Both the position numbers and the translations under genes were made by a program. Under the pieces are notes generated by a model. It was not told where the DNA came from, ran no database searches, and saw only the letters and a program-made list of their open reading frames with translations. Source: an uncultured Acidobacteriota bacterium (GTDB taxonomy: Bacteria; Acidobacteriota; Thermoanaerobaculia; UBA5066; Gp7-AA6). From it: a stretch of DNA of 64,000 nt. The stretch lies in NCBI GenBank assembly GCA_963738945.1, contig CAVTYD010000003.1, positions 601,385 through 665,384 on the forward strand. Direction: 5' to 3'. Shown piece by piece: positions 42,298 through 50,672 of the stretch; position 1 is the first letter of the stretch; every line of letters starts with the position of its first letter.

Positions 42298-42845
42298 CGA
42301 CGGCCGGAGACGCCTGGATCGCGGATGCGACGCTGCAATTCCGGAAGTACAAGAAGATGGCCGACGCGGCGCTCGCGCAGGTCGAGGATCGTGACTTCTT
42401 CCGGGCGCTCGACTCCGAGTCCAACAGCATCGCCCTCCTCGTCAAACACATGGCGGGAAACCTCCGCTCGCGCTGGACCGACTTCCGGACGACCGACGGG
42501 GAGAAGCCCGATCGCCGCCGCGACACCGAGTTCGAGCAGGACGCCGCGGACACGCGGGAGGGACTGCGGGTGCGGTGGGAGGGCGGCTGGGACGCTCTGT
42601 TTGCCGCCCTGGCTTCGATCTCCGAGAAGGATCTCCTCGCCGAGGTCCCGATCCGGGGCGAGCCGCACACGGTGATGCAGGCGGTGCACCGCCAGCTCAC
42701 CCACTACGCGTACCACATCGGGCAGGTCGTCTTCCTCGCGAAGCACTTCGCCGGGAGTCGCTGGAAGACGCTGTCGATCCCGAGGGGCCGCTCGAAGGAC
42801 CTCGAGGTCGGAAAAGACGGCCGGACCTATCGGCCGGGAGCCTGA
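42294..42845 (+). CDS. DUF1572 / DinB-superfamily protein
   Basis: NSIALLVKHMAGNLRSRWTDF.TTDGEKP.R.RD.EF; HYAYHIGQ; ATGA overlap with the upstream gene. Confidence 0.88.
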   Translation: MTTAGDAWIADATLQFRKYKKMADAALAQVEDRDFFRALDSESNSIALLVKHMAGNLRSRWTDFRTTDGEKPDRRRDTEFEQDAADTREGLRVRWEGGWDALFAALASISEKDLLAEVPIRGEPHTVMQAVHRQLTHYAYHIGQVVFLAKHFAGSRWKTLSIPRGRSKDLEVGKDGRTYRPGA

Positions 42846-44488
42846 GCGAGAGCCTCGTCGAGGTTCGCCACGAAGTTCTGACGGCCGTACCGCTCGAAGC
42901 GGCCCGCCTTCTCGAGAGCGTCCGCGGGCTGCTCCTGGACGCCGGCGATCACGAAGCGGATGCCCTGGTGGCGAAACGACTCGAAGAGGTCGTCGAGCAC
43001 GCGAATTCCCGAGGCATCGAGCAGCGGCACGTTGCGCATGCGGAGGACGAACATCTGCGGCTTCTTCGCCACGAAGTGCAGGACGTCCTTGATCTTGTCC
43101 GCGGCGCCGAAGAAGAACGGGCCCGTGACCTCGTAGACCTCCACGCCTTGAGGGATGCGGCGCCGCGCGACGCCGTCGACATCGCCGTCCATCGTTCCGT
43201 CCAGCGCGTCGGTCAGCTCCCGCGTGACGGAGGAGACATTCGTGACGTCGGCCATCCGCTTGATGAACAGAAATGCCGCGAGGACCACGCCGACCTGCAC
43301 GGCCACGGTGAGGTCGACGAGCACGGTGAGGAAGAACGTGATCAGGAGGACCGCGACGTCGCTCTTCGGGGTCCGAAAGAGATGCGCAAAGGATCTCCAC
43401 TCGCTCATGTGGTACGCGACGACCACCAGGATCGCGCCGAGCGTCGCCATCGGGATGTAGCGGGCCCAGCGGCCGAGAAAGACGAGCACCAGCAGGACCG
43501 TGACCGCGTGCGTCATCCCGGCGACCGGAGTCCGCCCGCCGTTCTTGACGTTGGTCGCCGTTCGCGCGATCGCCCCGGTCGCGGCGATGCCGCCGAACAG
43601 GCCGGACGCGATGTTCGCGATTCCCTGGCCGACCAGCTCGACGTTGGACTTGTGGCGCGCGCCGATCATCCCGTCGGCGACGACGGCGGACAGCAGGGAC
43701 TCGATCCCGGCGAGCAGCGCCACGGTCACCGCCGACGGAAACAGCTCGCGGATCCGCTCGGGTGAGATCGGAGGCAGCGACGGCGCGGGAATGGTTGCGC
43801 GAATCTCGCCGAAGCGGGATCCGATCGTTTCGACGGACAGCCCCAGCCAGGCGGCGGCCGCGGATGACAGGAGAATCGCGACGATCGGCGCGGGAATCTT
43901 CCTCGAGAAGCGCGGCCAGACGAGCAGCACGAAAAGCGACCCGAGCGAGACGCCGACCGCGGCCGGAGAAGCCGTCGGAAGGGCGCCGGCGAGCGCGCCC
44001 CACTTCGCGAGGAAGGGCGCGGGGACGGCCGGCATCCGCAGGCCGAGCAGCTCCTTGACCTGGGACGAAAAGATGATGAGGGCGATCCCGCTCGTGAATC
44101 CCGTGACGACCGGATACGGAATGAACTTGATCGCTCCTCCGAACCGCGCGACGCCCATGATGACGAGGAGGATCCCGGCCAGAACGGTGCAGATCGTCAG
44201 CCCATCGAGCCCGTAACGAGCGACGATGCCGGCCAGGATGACGACGAAGGCGCCGGTGGGGCCGCCGATCTGGACCCGGCTTCCGCCGAGAAACGAGATC
44301 AGAAACCCGGCGACCGCCGCGGTGACGAGCCCGCGCTCCGGCGGGACTCCCGAGGCGATGGCGAAGGCGAGCGCCAGCGGCACCGCCACGATCCCGACGA
44401 CCACGCCCGCCTGGAGGTCGGCGGCGAACTGCCGACGCGTGTAGCCGCGCAGGACGACGAAGGTCTTGGGCAACCACGCCGTCGGCAC
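42827..44488 (-). CDS. sulP: SulP/SLC26 anion permease with STAS domain
   Basis: PLALAFAIASG, GGSRVQIGGPTGAF, ESLLSAVVADGM, GAIARTATN, GPFFFGAA. Confidence 0.92.
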   Translation of the reverse strand: MPTAWLPKTFVVLRGYTRRQFAADLQAGVVVGIVAVPLALAFAIASGVPPERGLVTAAVAGFLISFLGGSRVQIGGPTGAFVVILAGIVARYGLDGLTICTVLAGILLVIMGVARFGGAIKFIPYPVVTGFTSGIALIIFSSQVKELLGLRMPAVPAPFLAKWGALAGALPTASPAAVGVSLGSLFVLLVWPRFSRKIPAPIVAILLSSAAAAWLGLSVETIGSRFGEIRATIPAPSLPPISPERIRELFPSAVTVALLAGIESLLSAVVADGMIGARHKSNVELVGQGIANIASGLFGGIAATGAIARTATNVKNGGRTPVAGMTHAVTVLLVLVFLGRWARYIPMATLGAILVVVAYHMSEWRSFAHLFRTPKSDVAVLLITFFLTVLVDLTVAVQVGVVLAAFLFIKRMADVTNVSSVTRELTDALDGTMDGDVDGVARRRIPQGVEVYEVTGPFFFGAADKIKDVLHFVAKKPQMFVLRMRNVPLLDASGIRVLDDLFESFRHQGIRFVIAGVQEQPADALEKAGRFERYGRQNFVANLDEALAQAPGR

Positions 44489-44538
44489 CGGGCCATTCTA
44501 ATCGCCGGCGCGCCCTCCGAGTCCGCCGTCCGGGGTCT

Positions 44539-44877
44539 TCAGTCGCTGACCGGCTGGATGTTGACGAGGATGTCGTTGTTGAGCGTGATCTTCACGCGGT
44601 CCCCGTCCTGGTAGCGCTGAAACTGCTGGCGCGTGACTTCCAGGCGGTAGCGGGAGGTGGCCTGTCCCTCCCGGGCCTCGAAGACGATGTAGTAGAGGCC
44701 CGTGCCGCTGTTCCGGTAAGAAGAGGATCCGGAGCCCGAGGAATCGTGCTCGTGGCTCTCGACCATGCATTCGAGCACGCGGGTCCCGAGACCGGGATCC
44801 GATTTCCTGGGACCGCTCGCGCAGGCGGCGGCGAGGATCGCAAAGAGGACCGAGGCGATGCGCGTCGTGGTCGTCAT
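44539..44877 (-). CDS. Hypothetical lipoprotein
   Basis: MTTTTRIASVLFAILAAAC lipobox; small beta-rich body (YYIVFE...Y..GD). Confidence 0.7.
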   Translation of the reverse strand: MTTTTRIASVLFAILAAACASGPRKSDPGLGTRVLECMVESHEHDSSGSGSSSYRNSGTGLYYIVFEAREGQATSRYRLEVTRQQFQRYQDGDRVKITLNNDILVNIQPVSD

Positions 44878-44940
44878 TTCCCACTTAACCGCATTCGACC
44901 CGGGTCGAATTCCGACCGGATCCCTTAGAATCCCCGCACG

Positions 44941-45954
44941 ATGAACTCCCCGCCCGGAGCACGAGTCGCCCTGATCGGCCTCGGCCCCATCGGCGTCGAG
45001 GTCGGCAAGGCCCTCGCCGGAAGAGACTCGCTCGCAATGCTCGGCGCCGCGGACCCGGCCCCCGACAAGGCCGGGCGGCCGCTGTCGGATCTTCTGGGCG
45101 GCGCCTTCCCGGACAAGAACGTCCGGCCGAGCGCGGCCGCGCTCTACGCCGAGTCGGCTTCGTCTCGCGGGAAGGCGGACGTCGTCCTGCTCTGCACGGG
45201 CTCCCGCCTCCACACGGTGATGCCGCAGATCGAGGAGGCGATCGACGCCGGATTTCACGTCGTTTCCACCTGCGAGGAGCTCGCCTATCCCGAGCTCCGT
45301 CACCTCCCGATGGCCCGGCAGATCGACCGCCGGGCGAAGCAGAAGGGCGTCGCGGTGCTCGGAACGGGCGTGAACCCCGGGCTCGTCATGGACCGACTCG
45401 TGCTCGCGGTCGCGTCGGCCTGCGTTCGCGTCGATTCCGTCCGGGTCACGCGCGTCGTGGACGCCGCCAAGCGGCGCGGGCCGCTCCGCGCGAAGGTGGG
45501 GGCGGGCCTGAGGCCCGAAGAGTTCGCGGCCGGCGTGGCCGAAAAGAAGCTCGGCCACGTGGGCCTGTCGGAATCCGCGGCCATCATCGCTCTCGGGCTC
45601 GGTCTTCCGATCCACGAGATCACGGAGACCATCGAGCCGGTCATCGCCGCCAGGGAAACCGACGGCGTCGCACCGGGGCGCGTCCTCGGCCTCCACCAGC
45701 TCGCGCTCGTCCAGGCCGGCGACGAAGTCAAGGTCTCGCTCGACCTCACGATGGCCGTCGGCGCCGCGTCACCCGCCGATCGCATCGACGTCGAAGGCGA
45801 TCCGCCCGTGCACGTCGTGGTGGCCGGCGGATTCCACGGTGACCGTTCGACCATCGGGACAGTCGTCAACGCGGTGCCGTTCATCGTCGGCGCGGCGCCC
45901 GGACTGAAGAAGGTCGTCACGGTCCCCCTCTTCGGTCTGCAGCCCCTGCCCTGA
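44941..45954 (+). CDS. NAD(P)-dependent amine dehydrogenase / 2,4-diaminopentanoate dehydrogenase (Ord)-like
   Basis: IGLGPIG Rossmann motif, VVSTCEEL.YP, LGTGVNPG..MD, GHVGL.ES, GGFHGD..T...VNA.P. Confidence 0.8.
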   Translation: MNSPPGARVALIGLGPIGVEVGKALAGRDSLAMLGAADPAPDKAGRPLSDLLGGAFPDKNVRPSAAALYAESASSRGKADVVLLCTGSRLHTVMPQIEEAIDAGFHVVSTCEELAYPELRHLPMARQIDRRAKQKGVAVLGTGVNPGLVMDRLVLAVASACVRVDSVRVTRVVDAAKRRGPLRAKVGAGLRPEEFAAGVAEKKLGHVGLSESAAIIALGLGLPIHEITETIEPVIAARETDGVAPGRVLGLHQLALVQAGDEVKVSLDLTMAVGAASPADRIDVEGDPPVHVVVAGGFHGDRSTIGTVVNAVPFIVGAAPGLKKVVTVPLFGLQPLP

Positions 45955-46004
45955 GGGGCTCGACAAACCGAGGCCGTCCGGCCGGATCCGGCTACGCTGC
46001 CGGA

Positions 46005-46457
46005 GTGCACACGCTCGAGCGCTCCCAGCGAATCGCCGCGGCGCCGGAGGCGGTGTTCGCGTTCTTCTCGGATCCGGGAAACCTCGCCCGCATCACGCCG
46101 GCGTGGCTGCGCTTTCGCCTCTACGGCTCGCCGCCGGTCCCGCTCGGTGAGAACTGCCGGATCGAGTATCGGATCCGGTGGGGCCTTCTGACCTGGCGAT
46201 GGGTGACGCGCATCGCGCGGTGGAATCCGCCCGTCGACTTCGAAGACGCTCAGGAATCGGGGCCCTACGCGGCATGGACTCACACGCATCGATTCCGGCC
46301 GGAGCAGGGCGGCGTCGTCATGGAGGACCATGTCGAGTACGCCCTTCCGTTCGGCCCGCTCGGCCGGGTCATCCACGCGGTCTGCGTGCGGCGCCAGCTC
46401 GACGGGATCTTCGACTTTCGGCGGCGGGCCATCGACGAGATCTTCCCGGCGCGATGA
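46005..46457 (+). CDS. SRPBCC family protein
   Basis: VFAFFSDP.NL.RITP, F.D.Q..GPY..W.H.H.F, D.VEY.LPFG.LG, IFDFR. Confidence 0.85.
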   Translation: MHTLERSQRIAAAPEAVFAFFSDPGNLARITPAWLRFRLYGSPPVPLGENCRIEYRIRWGLLTWRWVTRIARWNPPVDFEDAQESGPYAAWTHTHRFRPEQGGVVMEDHVEYALPFGPLGRVIHAVCVRRQLDGIFDFRRRAIDEIFPAR

Positions 46458-47875
46458 GCACGCTCGTCCACTGGTTTCGCCGCGATCTGCGCGTCGAAGA
46501 CAACACGGCGCTCTCGCGCGCCGCGCGGGACGCGGACCGGGTCGTGCCCGTCTTCGTCCTCGACGACCGATTCGCGAGCGATCCCGGGATCGGCCCGGCG
46601 AGGTTTCGCTTCCTGCGCGAGAGCCTCGAGGACCTCGAGGCGAATCTGCGCCGCGCCGGCGGTCGGCTTCTCCTGCGGCGAGGTCCGGCGGCCGAGGCCC
46701 TGCCGCGTCTTCTCGCCGAGACCGGGGCCGACGGCGTCTACGCCAACGCGGAGATCGGTCCGTATCCCGAGCAGCGCGACCGCGAGACGGCGGCGGCGAT
46801 CGCGGCGGCCGGAGGCCGGCTGCGTCTCTTTTCCGACGAGCTGCTCGTGGCCCCCGACGCCGTCGCCACCGACGCGGGCGATCCGCACACGGTCTTCACC
46901 CCTTTCTCGAGGAAGTGGATCGCCGCCGAGAAGGCGGACCCGATTCCGCCTCCGACCGACCTCGCATCGCCCGAGCTGCCCGGCGTCCCCGTGGCGAGGG
47001 TCCGCGCGTGGCGTGAGATCGCTCCCGAGCCGTCGTCGTCCCGCGGCGGCGAGGCGGAGGCGCTCCGCGCCCTGCGGCGTTTCTTCGCAGGTCCGGATCT
47101 CCGGTACGCCGAAGATCGCGACCGGCCGGATCGGGAGGGGACGTCGCGCCTCTCTCCCCATCTTCACTTCGGAACGATCTCCGCGCGGACGATCCGCGCG
47201 AGCCTGGAAGCGAGTCGGGAGAATGCTCCGGCGAGCGCCATGGGCGGGCCGCGCCGATTTCTCCAGGAGCTCTGCTGGCGCGAGTTTTTCCATCACGTGC
47301 TCTTCCACTTTCCGCGGGTCACCGGCGCGAGCTTCCGACGCGAGTTCGATCGCCTGGCCTGGAGGACCGACCCGGCCGCGCTCGATGCCTGGAAACGGGG
47401 CGTCACCGGCTATCCCTTCGTGGACGCCGCCATGCGCCAGCTCTCCACGACGCACTGGATGCACAACCGCGCCCGCATGACGGCGGCGTCGTTTCTGACG
47501 AAGGACCTCCACGCCCACTGGAGCGAGGGCGAGGCATGGTTCGCGCACGAGCTCGCGGACGCGGACCTCGCCAACAACAACGGCGGCTGGCAGTGGGCCG
47601 CGGGCAGCGGCGCCGACGCGGCGCCCTACTTCCGCATCTTCAACCCGATTCTCCAGTCGAAGAGATTCGATCCCCGGGGCGCTTACATCCGCCGTTTCGT
47701 CCCGGAGCTCGCGAACGTGCCGGAGGAGAAGATCCACGAGCCCTGGACGATGACCCCCGACGAGCAGCGCGCCGCCCGCTGCCGGATCGGTGCAAACTAC
47801 CCCGCCCCCATGGTCGACCACGCTCGAGAACGAGAAGTCGCCCTGGCCATGTTCAAAGCCGCAACGGAGAGGTAG
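46454..47875 (+). CDS. phrB: Deoxyribodipyrimidine photolyase (class I CPD)
   Basis: HWFRRDLRVEDN, TSRLSPHLHFG, ELCWREF, TGYPFVDAAMRQL, MHNRARM, NNGGWQW, PYFRIFNP. Confidence 0.93.
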   Translation: MSTLVHWFRRDLRVEDNTALSRAARDADRVVPVFVLDDRFASDPGIGPARFRFLRESLEDLEANLRRAGGRLLLRRGPAAEALPRLLAETGADGVYANAEIGPYPEQRDRETAAAIAAAGGRLRLFSDELLVAPDAVATDAGDPHTVFTPFSRKWIAAEKADPIPPPTDLASPELPGVPVARVRAWREIAPEPSSSRGGEAEALRALRRFFAGPDLRYAEDRDRPDREGTSRLSPHLHFGTISARTIRASLEASRENAPASAMGGPRRFLQELCWREFFHHVLFHFPRVTGASFRREFDRLAWRTDPAALDAWKRGVTGYPFVDAAMRQLSTTHWMHNRARMTAASFLTKDLHAHWSEGEAWFAHELADADLANNNGGWQWAAGSGADAAPYFRIFNPILQSKRFDPRGAYIRRFVPELANVPEEKIHEPWTMTPDEQRAARCRIGANYPAPMVDHAREREVALAMFKAATER

Positions 47876-47966
47876 CCACGGGATGTGTCGGTGGGAGAGG
47901 AACGTTTTCGCGACTTTCCCGCTCTCGTTCGTTGGCCCGCGAAGCGGGCCGCGAGGAGTCCGAGCC

Positions 47967-48003
47967 AAAAAAAGGCGGCCCCGACTTATTTGTGTCGGGG
48001 CCG
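47967..48003 (-). terminator. Intrinsic terminator for minus-strand transcription
   Basis: 10-bp stem CGGCCCCGAC/GTCGGGGCCG followed on the minus strand by CC and a U7 tract. Confidence 0.85.
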
Positions 48004-48087
48004 GGAAGGAAGGTATCGCGTGCTGACCTAATAAACCGACCCGCCCACGTGAATATTTCACGCGGCAAGCCTCTGAGCCTGATGGGT

Positions 48088-49578
48088 TTACCCGCGCAGG
48101 ATTTCGAAGCCCGTGGGACCGACCGACTCGTCCGGAATGACCTCGAGGCGAATGCGGAGGCGCTCCTCGGCGTCGGTGATCAGAGACGGATCTTCTGCCA
48201 GCCTCTCCGCCAGGCCGGGACGAACGCGCACCCGGACGACTTCGCCTTCGCCGTAGAGGGCGGGCGGTTTCAGGAGGGCGCGCCGCAGATCGAGCGCCGC
48301 CGTCGAGTCCGTCTTCACCCGTCCGCTCCCCGCGCATTCCGGACACGCGTGCGTGAGGACGCGCTCGAGGTTGCCGCGGGAACGCTGCCGCGTGATCTCG
48401 ATCAACCCGAACTCGGAAATCGGAAGCATCCGGGTCCGGGCCCGATCCCGCGAGAGCTCGGCCTCGAAGAGCTCGAACAGCTCCCGGCGGTGCTCGGGAT
48501 CCTCCATGTCGATGAAATCGACGACGATGAGCCCGCCCAGGTCTCGCAGCCGAATCTGGCGCGCCACCTCGGGCACGGCTTCGCGGTTCGTGGCGAAAAC
48601 CGTGTCCTCGAGCCCCTTCTTGCCGACGAAACGTCCGGTGTTGACGTCGATCGCGACGAGGGCCTCGGTCTGGTGGATCACGATCGAGCTGCCGGACGCG
48701 AGGCTGACGCGATTCTTCAGGGCGCTCTCGATCTCCGCCTCGACGCCGGCGGACTCGAAAAGGGGCTCCGGCTCCTCCCAGAGCTCGAGCCTCTTCGTGA
48801 GATCGGGAGCGACGGCCTCGAGGAACTCCCGCACGCGCGCGTGGGCCGCCGGATCGTCCACGCGGATGGAGGCGACGTCGTCGGCCGCGAGGTCGCGGAC
48901 GCTGCGCAGGGCGAGGTCGAGCTCGCGGTGCAGGAGGGCCGGGGGCCCGGAGCTCTCGCGTCTGCGGAGGATGCGGGCGGCGAGCTCCGCGAGGTAGCGG
49001 CGGTCCGGCTCGAGATCCCGGGCCGCCCGGCCGAGCGCCGCGGTCCGGGCGATGAACCCTCCCCCGCCGAACGTCTCGAGGATGGCGCGCAGGCGTTCGC
49101 GCTCGGCTTCGTCGGCGACCCGCCGGGACACACCGACCTCGCGGGCGCCCGGCAGGAAGACGAGCGTCCGCCCCGCCAGCGAGATCCCGGTCGTCACCCG
49201 CGGCCCCTTTCCCCCGAACGGGTCCTTGGTGACCTGGACGACGATCTCCTGGCCCTCCCGAACGAGGTCGTCGATCCGCGGCCGTTCCGCCTCGGCGGCC
49301 GGAGGCGACGCCGGGTCGTCTCCGTCTCCGAACTCGAAGTCCGCGGCCGCGGGCTCCGATGCGTCTTCGACGTAGAGGAACGCGTCCCGGTCGAGCCCGA
49401 TCGACACGAACGCGGCCTGCATCCCGGGCAGCACGCGGTGCACGCGCCCGAGGTACACGTTGCCGACGAGGCCCTGTCGGCCCCGCCGCTCGTGGAGAAC
49501 CTCGACGACGCGCCCGTCCTCGATCAACGCGACGCGCGTCTCGGGGGGTGTCGCGTTGACGAGGAGCTCTTTCCTCAC
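48088..49578 (-). CDS. rng: Ribonuclease G (Rne/Rng family)
   Basis: VRKELLVN, GNVYLGRV.RVLPGMQAAFV, QVTKDP...KGPR, IDVNTG, IRLRDLGG.IVVDFIDM, CPEC.G.G. Confidence 0.93.
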   Translation of the reverse strand: MRKELLVNATPPETRVALIEDGRVVEVLHERRGRQGLVGNVYLGRVHRVLPGMQAAFVSIGLDRDAFLYVEDASEPAAADFEFGDGDDPASPPAAEAERPRIDDLVREGQEIVVQVTKDPFGGKGPRVTTGISLAGRTLVFLPGAREVGVSRRVADEAERERLRAILETFGGGGFIARTAALGRAARDLEPDRRYLAELAARILRRRESSGPPALLHRELDLALRSVRDLAADDVASIRVDDPAAHARVREFLEAVAPDLTKRLELWEEPEPLFESAGVEAEIESALKNRVSLASGSSIVIHQTEALVAIDVNTGRFVGKKGLEDTVFATNREAVPEVARQIRLRDLGGLIVVDFIDMEDPEHRRELFELFEAELSRDRARTRMLPISEFGLIEITRQRSRGNLERVLTHACPECAGSGRVKTDSTAALDLRRALLKPPALYGEGEVVRVRVRPGLAERLAEDPSLITDAEERLRIRLEVIPDESVGPTGFEILRG

Positions 49579-50672
49579 GCGTTGGCGAACCGTCGGAACT
49601 GGACCCCGAGGATCAGTCCGATCGAGAGAAACGTCGTCGCGACCGACGAGCCTCCATACGAGACGAACGGCAGCGGGATTCCCGTCGTCGGCGCGAGCCC
49701 GATCATCATCGACGCGTTGACCACGACGGAGAAGAACATCATGGCGGTCAGGCCGAGCACCAGAAAGACTCCTCCCCGGTCCCGCGCCGTCTGGGCGAGC
49801 TTCAGCGCCCGCAGCATGAGCCCGGCGAAGAGACCCAGGACGAGGATGACGCCGAGGAATCCCCACTCCTCGGCGATCACGGCCAGGATGAAATCGGTGT
49901 GCTGAACCGGCAGAAACCGCAGCTGCGACTGCGTGCCGCTTCGAAAGCCCTTGCCCGAGAACCCGCCCGACCCGACCGCGATCTTCGATTGGCGGACCTG
50001 ATAGCCCGAGCCGAGGACGTCGCTGTCCGGATTCAGGAAGGTCCCGATGCGCGCCTTCTGATAGTCCTTGAGCAGGAACCAGCCTCCTCCCGCCACGACG
50101 GCGACGACGAGCACGATCGCGACCCAGCCCTTGGCCGGCAATCCGCCGAAGTAGAGCCCCACGAAAATGAGCGGCAGGAACGTCAGCGCGAGCCCCATGT
50201 CGGGCTGCAGGAAGACGAGCAGCACCGGGAGGCCCACGATCGTGCCGAGCTTGACGAGTGTCGAGGCATGCAGGCGCGCGTCGTCCTCGTTCTCGAAGAG
50301 ATAGGCCACCAGCAGGGCGGTGGCGATCTTCGCGAGCTCCGCCGGCTGGAACTGAAACTGGCCGAACCGGATCCAGGAACGGACGTTGGCGATGCGTGTT
50401 CCGAACGTCAGCAGGTAGACCAGCGGCAGCAGCGTCGCGCAGTAGATGACGAACGAGAACTTCAGGAGCATCCGGTAGTCGAACAGGATCGCCACCGTCA
50501 TCGCGCCGAGCCCGATCGCGACCCAGATCGCCTGGCGCGCCGCCAGCCCCTGGAAGCGCGTTCCGGTCGTGGCCGACGCCACGAACAACACGCCGAGCGC
50601 CGCCAGGGCGAGCGCGCAGAAGAGGACGACCAGGTCGATCCGCCGTCCGCTCGGAAGGGTTCGCGCGATCAT
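49575..50672 (-). CDS. rodA: Rod shape-determining protein RodA
   Basis: QFQPAELAK, LQPDMG, YQ..QS.IAVGSGG, FLPVQHTDFI, TGIPLPFVSYGGSS. Confidence 0.95.
   Translation of the reverse strand: MIARTLPSGRRIDLVVLFCALALAALGVLFVASATTGTRFQGLAARQAIWVAIGLGAMTVAILFDYRMLLKFSFVIYCATLLPLVYLLTFGTRIANVRSWIRFGQFQFQPAELAKIATALLVAYLFENEDDARLHASTLVKLGTIVGLPVLLVFLQPDMGLALTFLPLIFVGLYFGGLPAKGWVAIVLVVAVVAGGGWFLLKDYQKARIGTFLNPDSDVLGSGYQVRQSKIAVGSGGFSGKGFRSGTQSQLRFLPVQHTDFILAVIAEEWGFLGVILVLGLFAGLMLRALKLAQTARDRGGVFLVLGLTAMMFFSVVVNASMMIGLAPTTGIPLPFVSYGGSSVATTFLSIGLILGVQFRRFANA

Noticed and set aside
39480-42845. 1121-aa ORF suggesting a fusion to DUF1572
   Set aside because: The upstream part is an alternate frame of the GGDEF-EAL gene; the real gene begins at ATG 42294.
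48060-48087. Sigma-54 promoter for the candidate sRNA
   Set aside because: The GG-to-GC spacing is 11 nt rather than the required 10.
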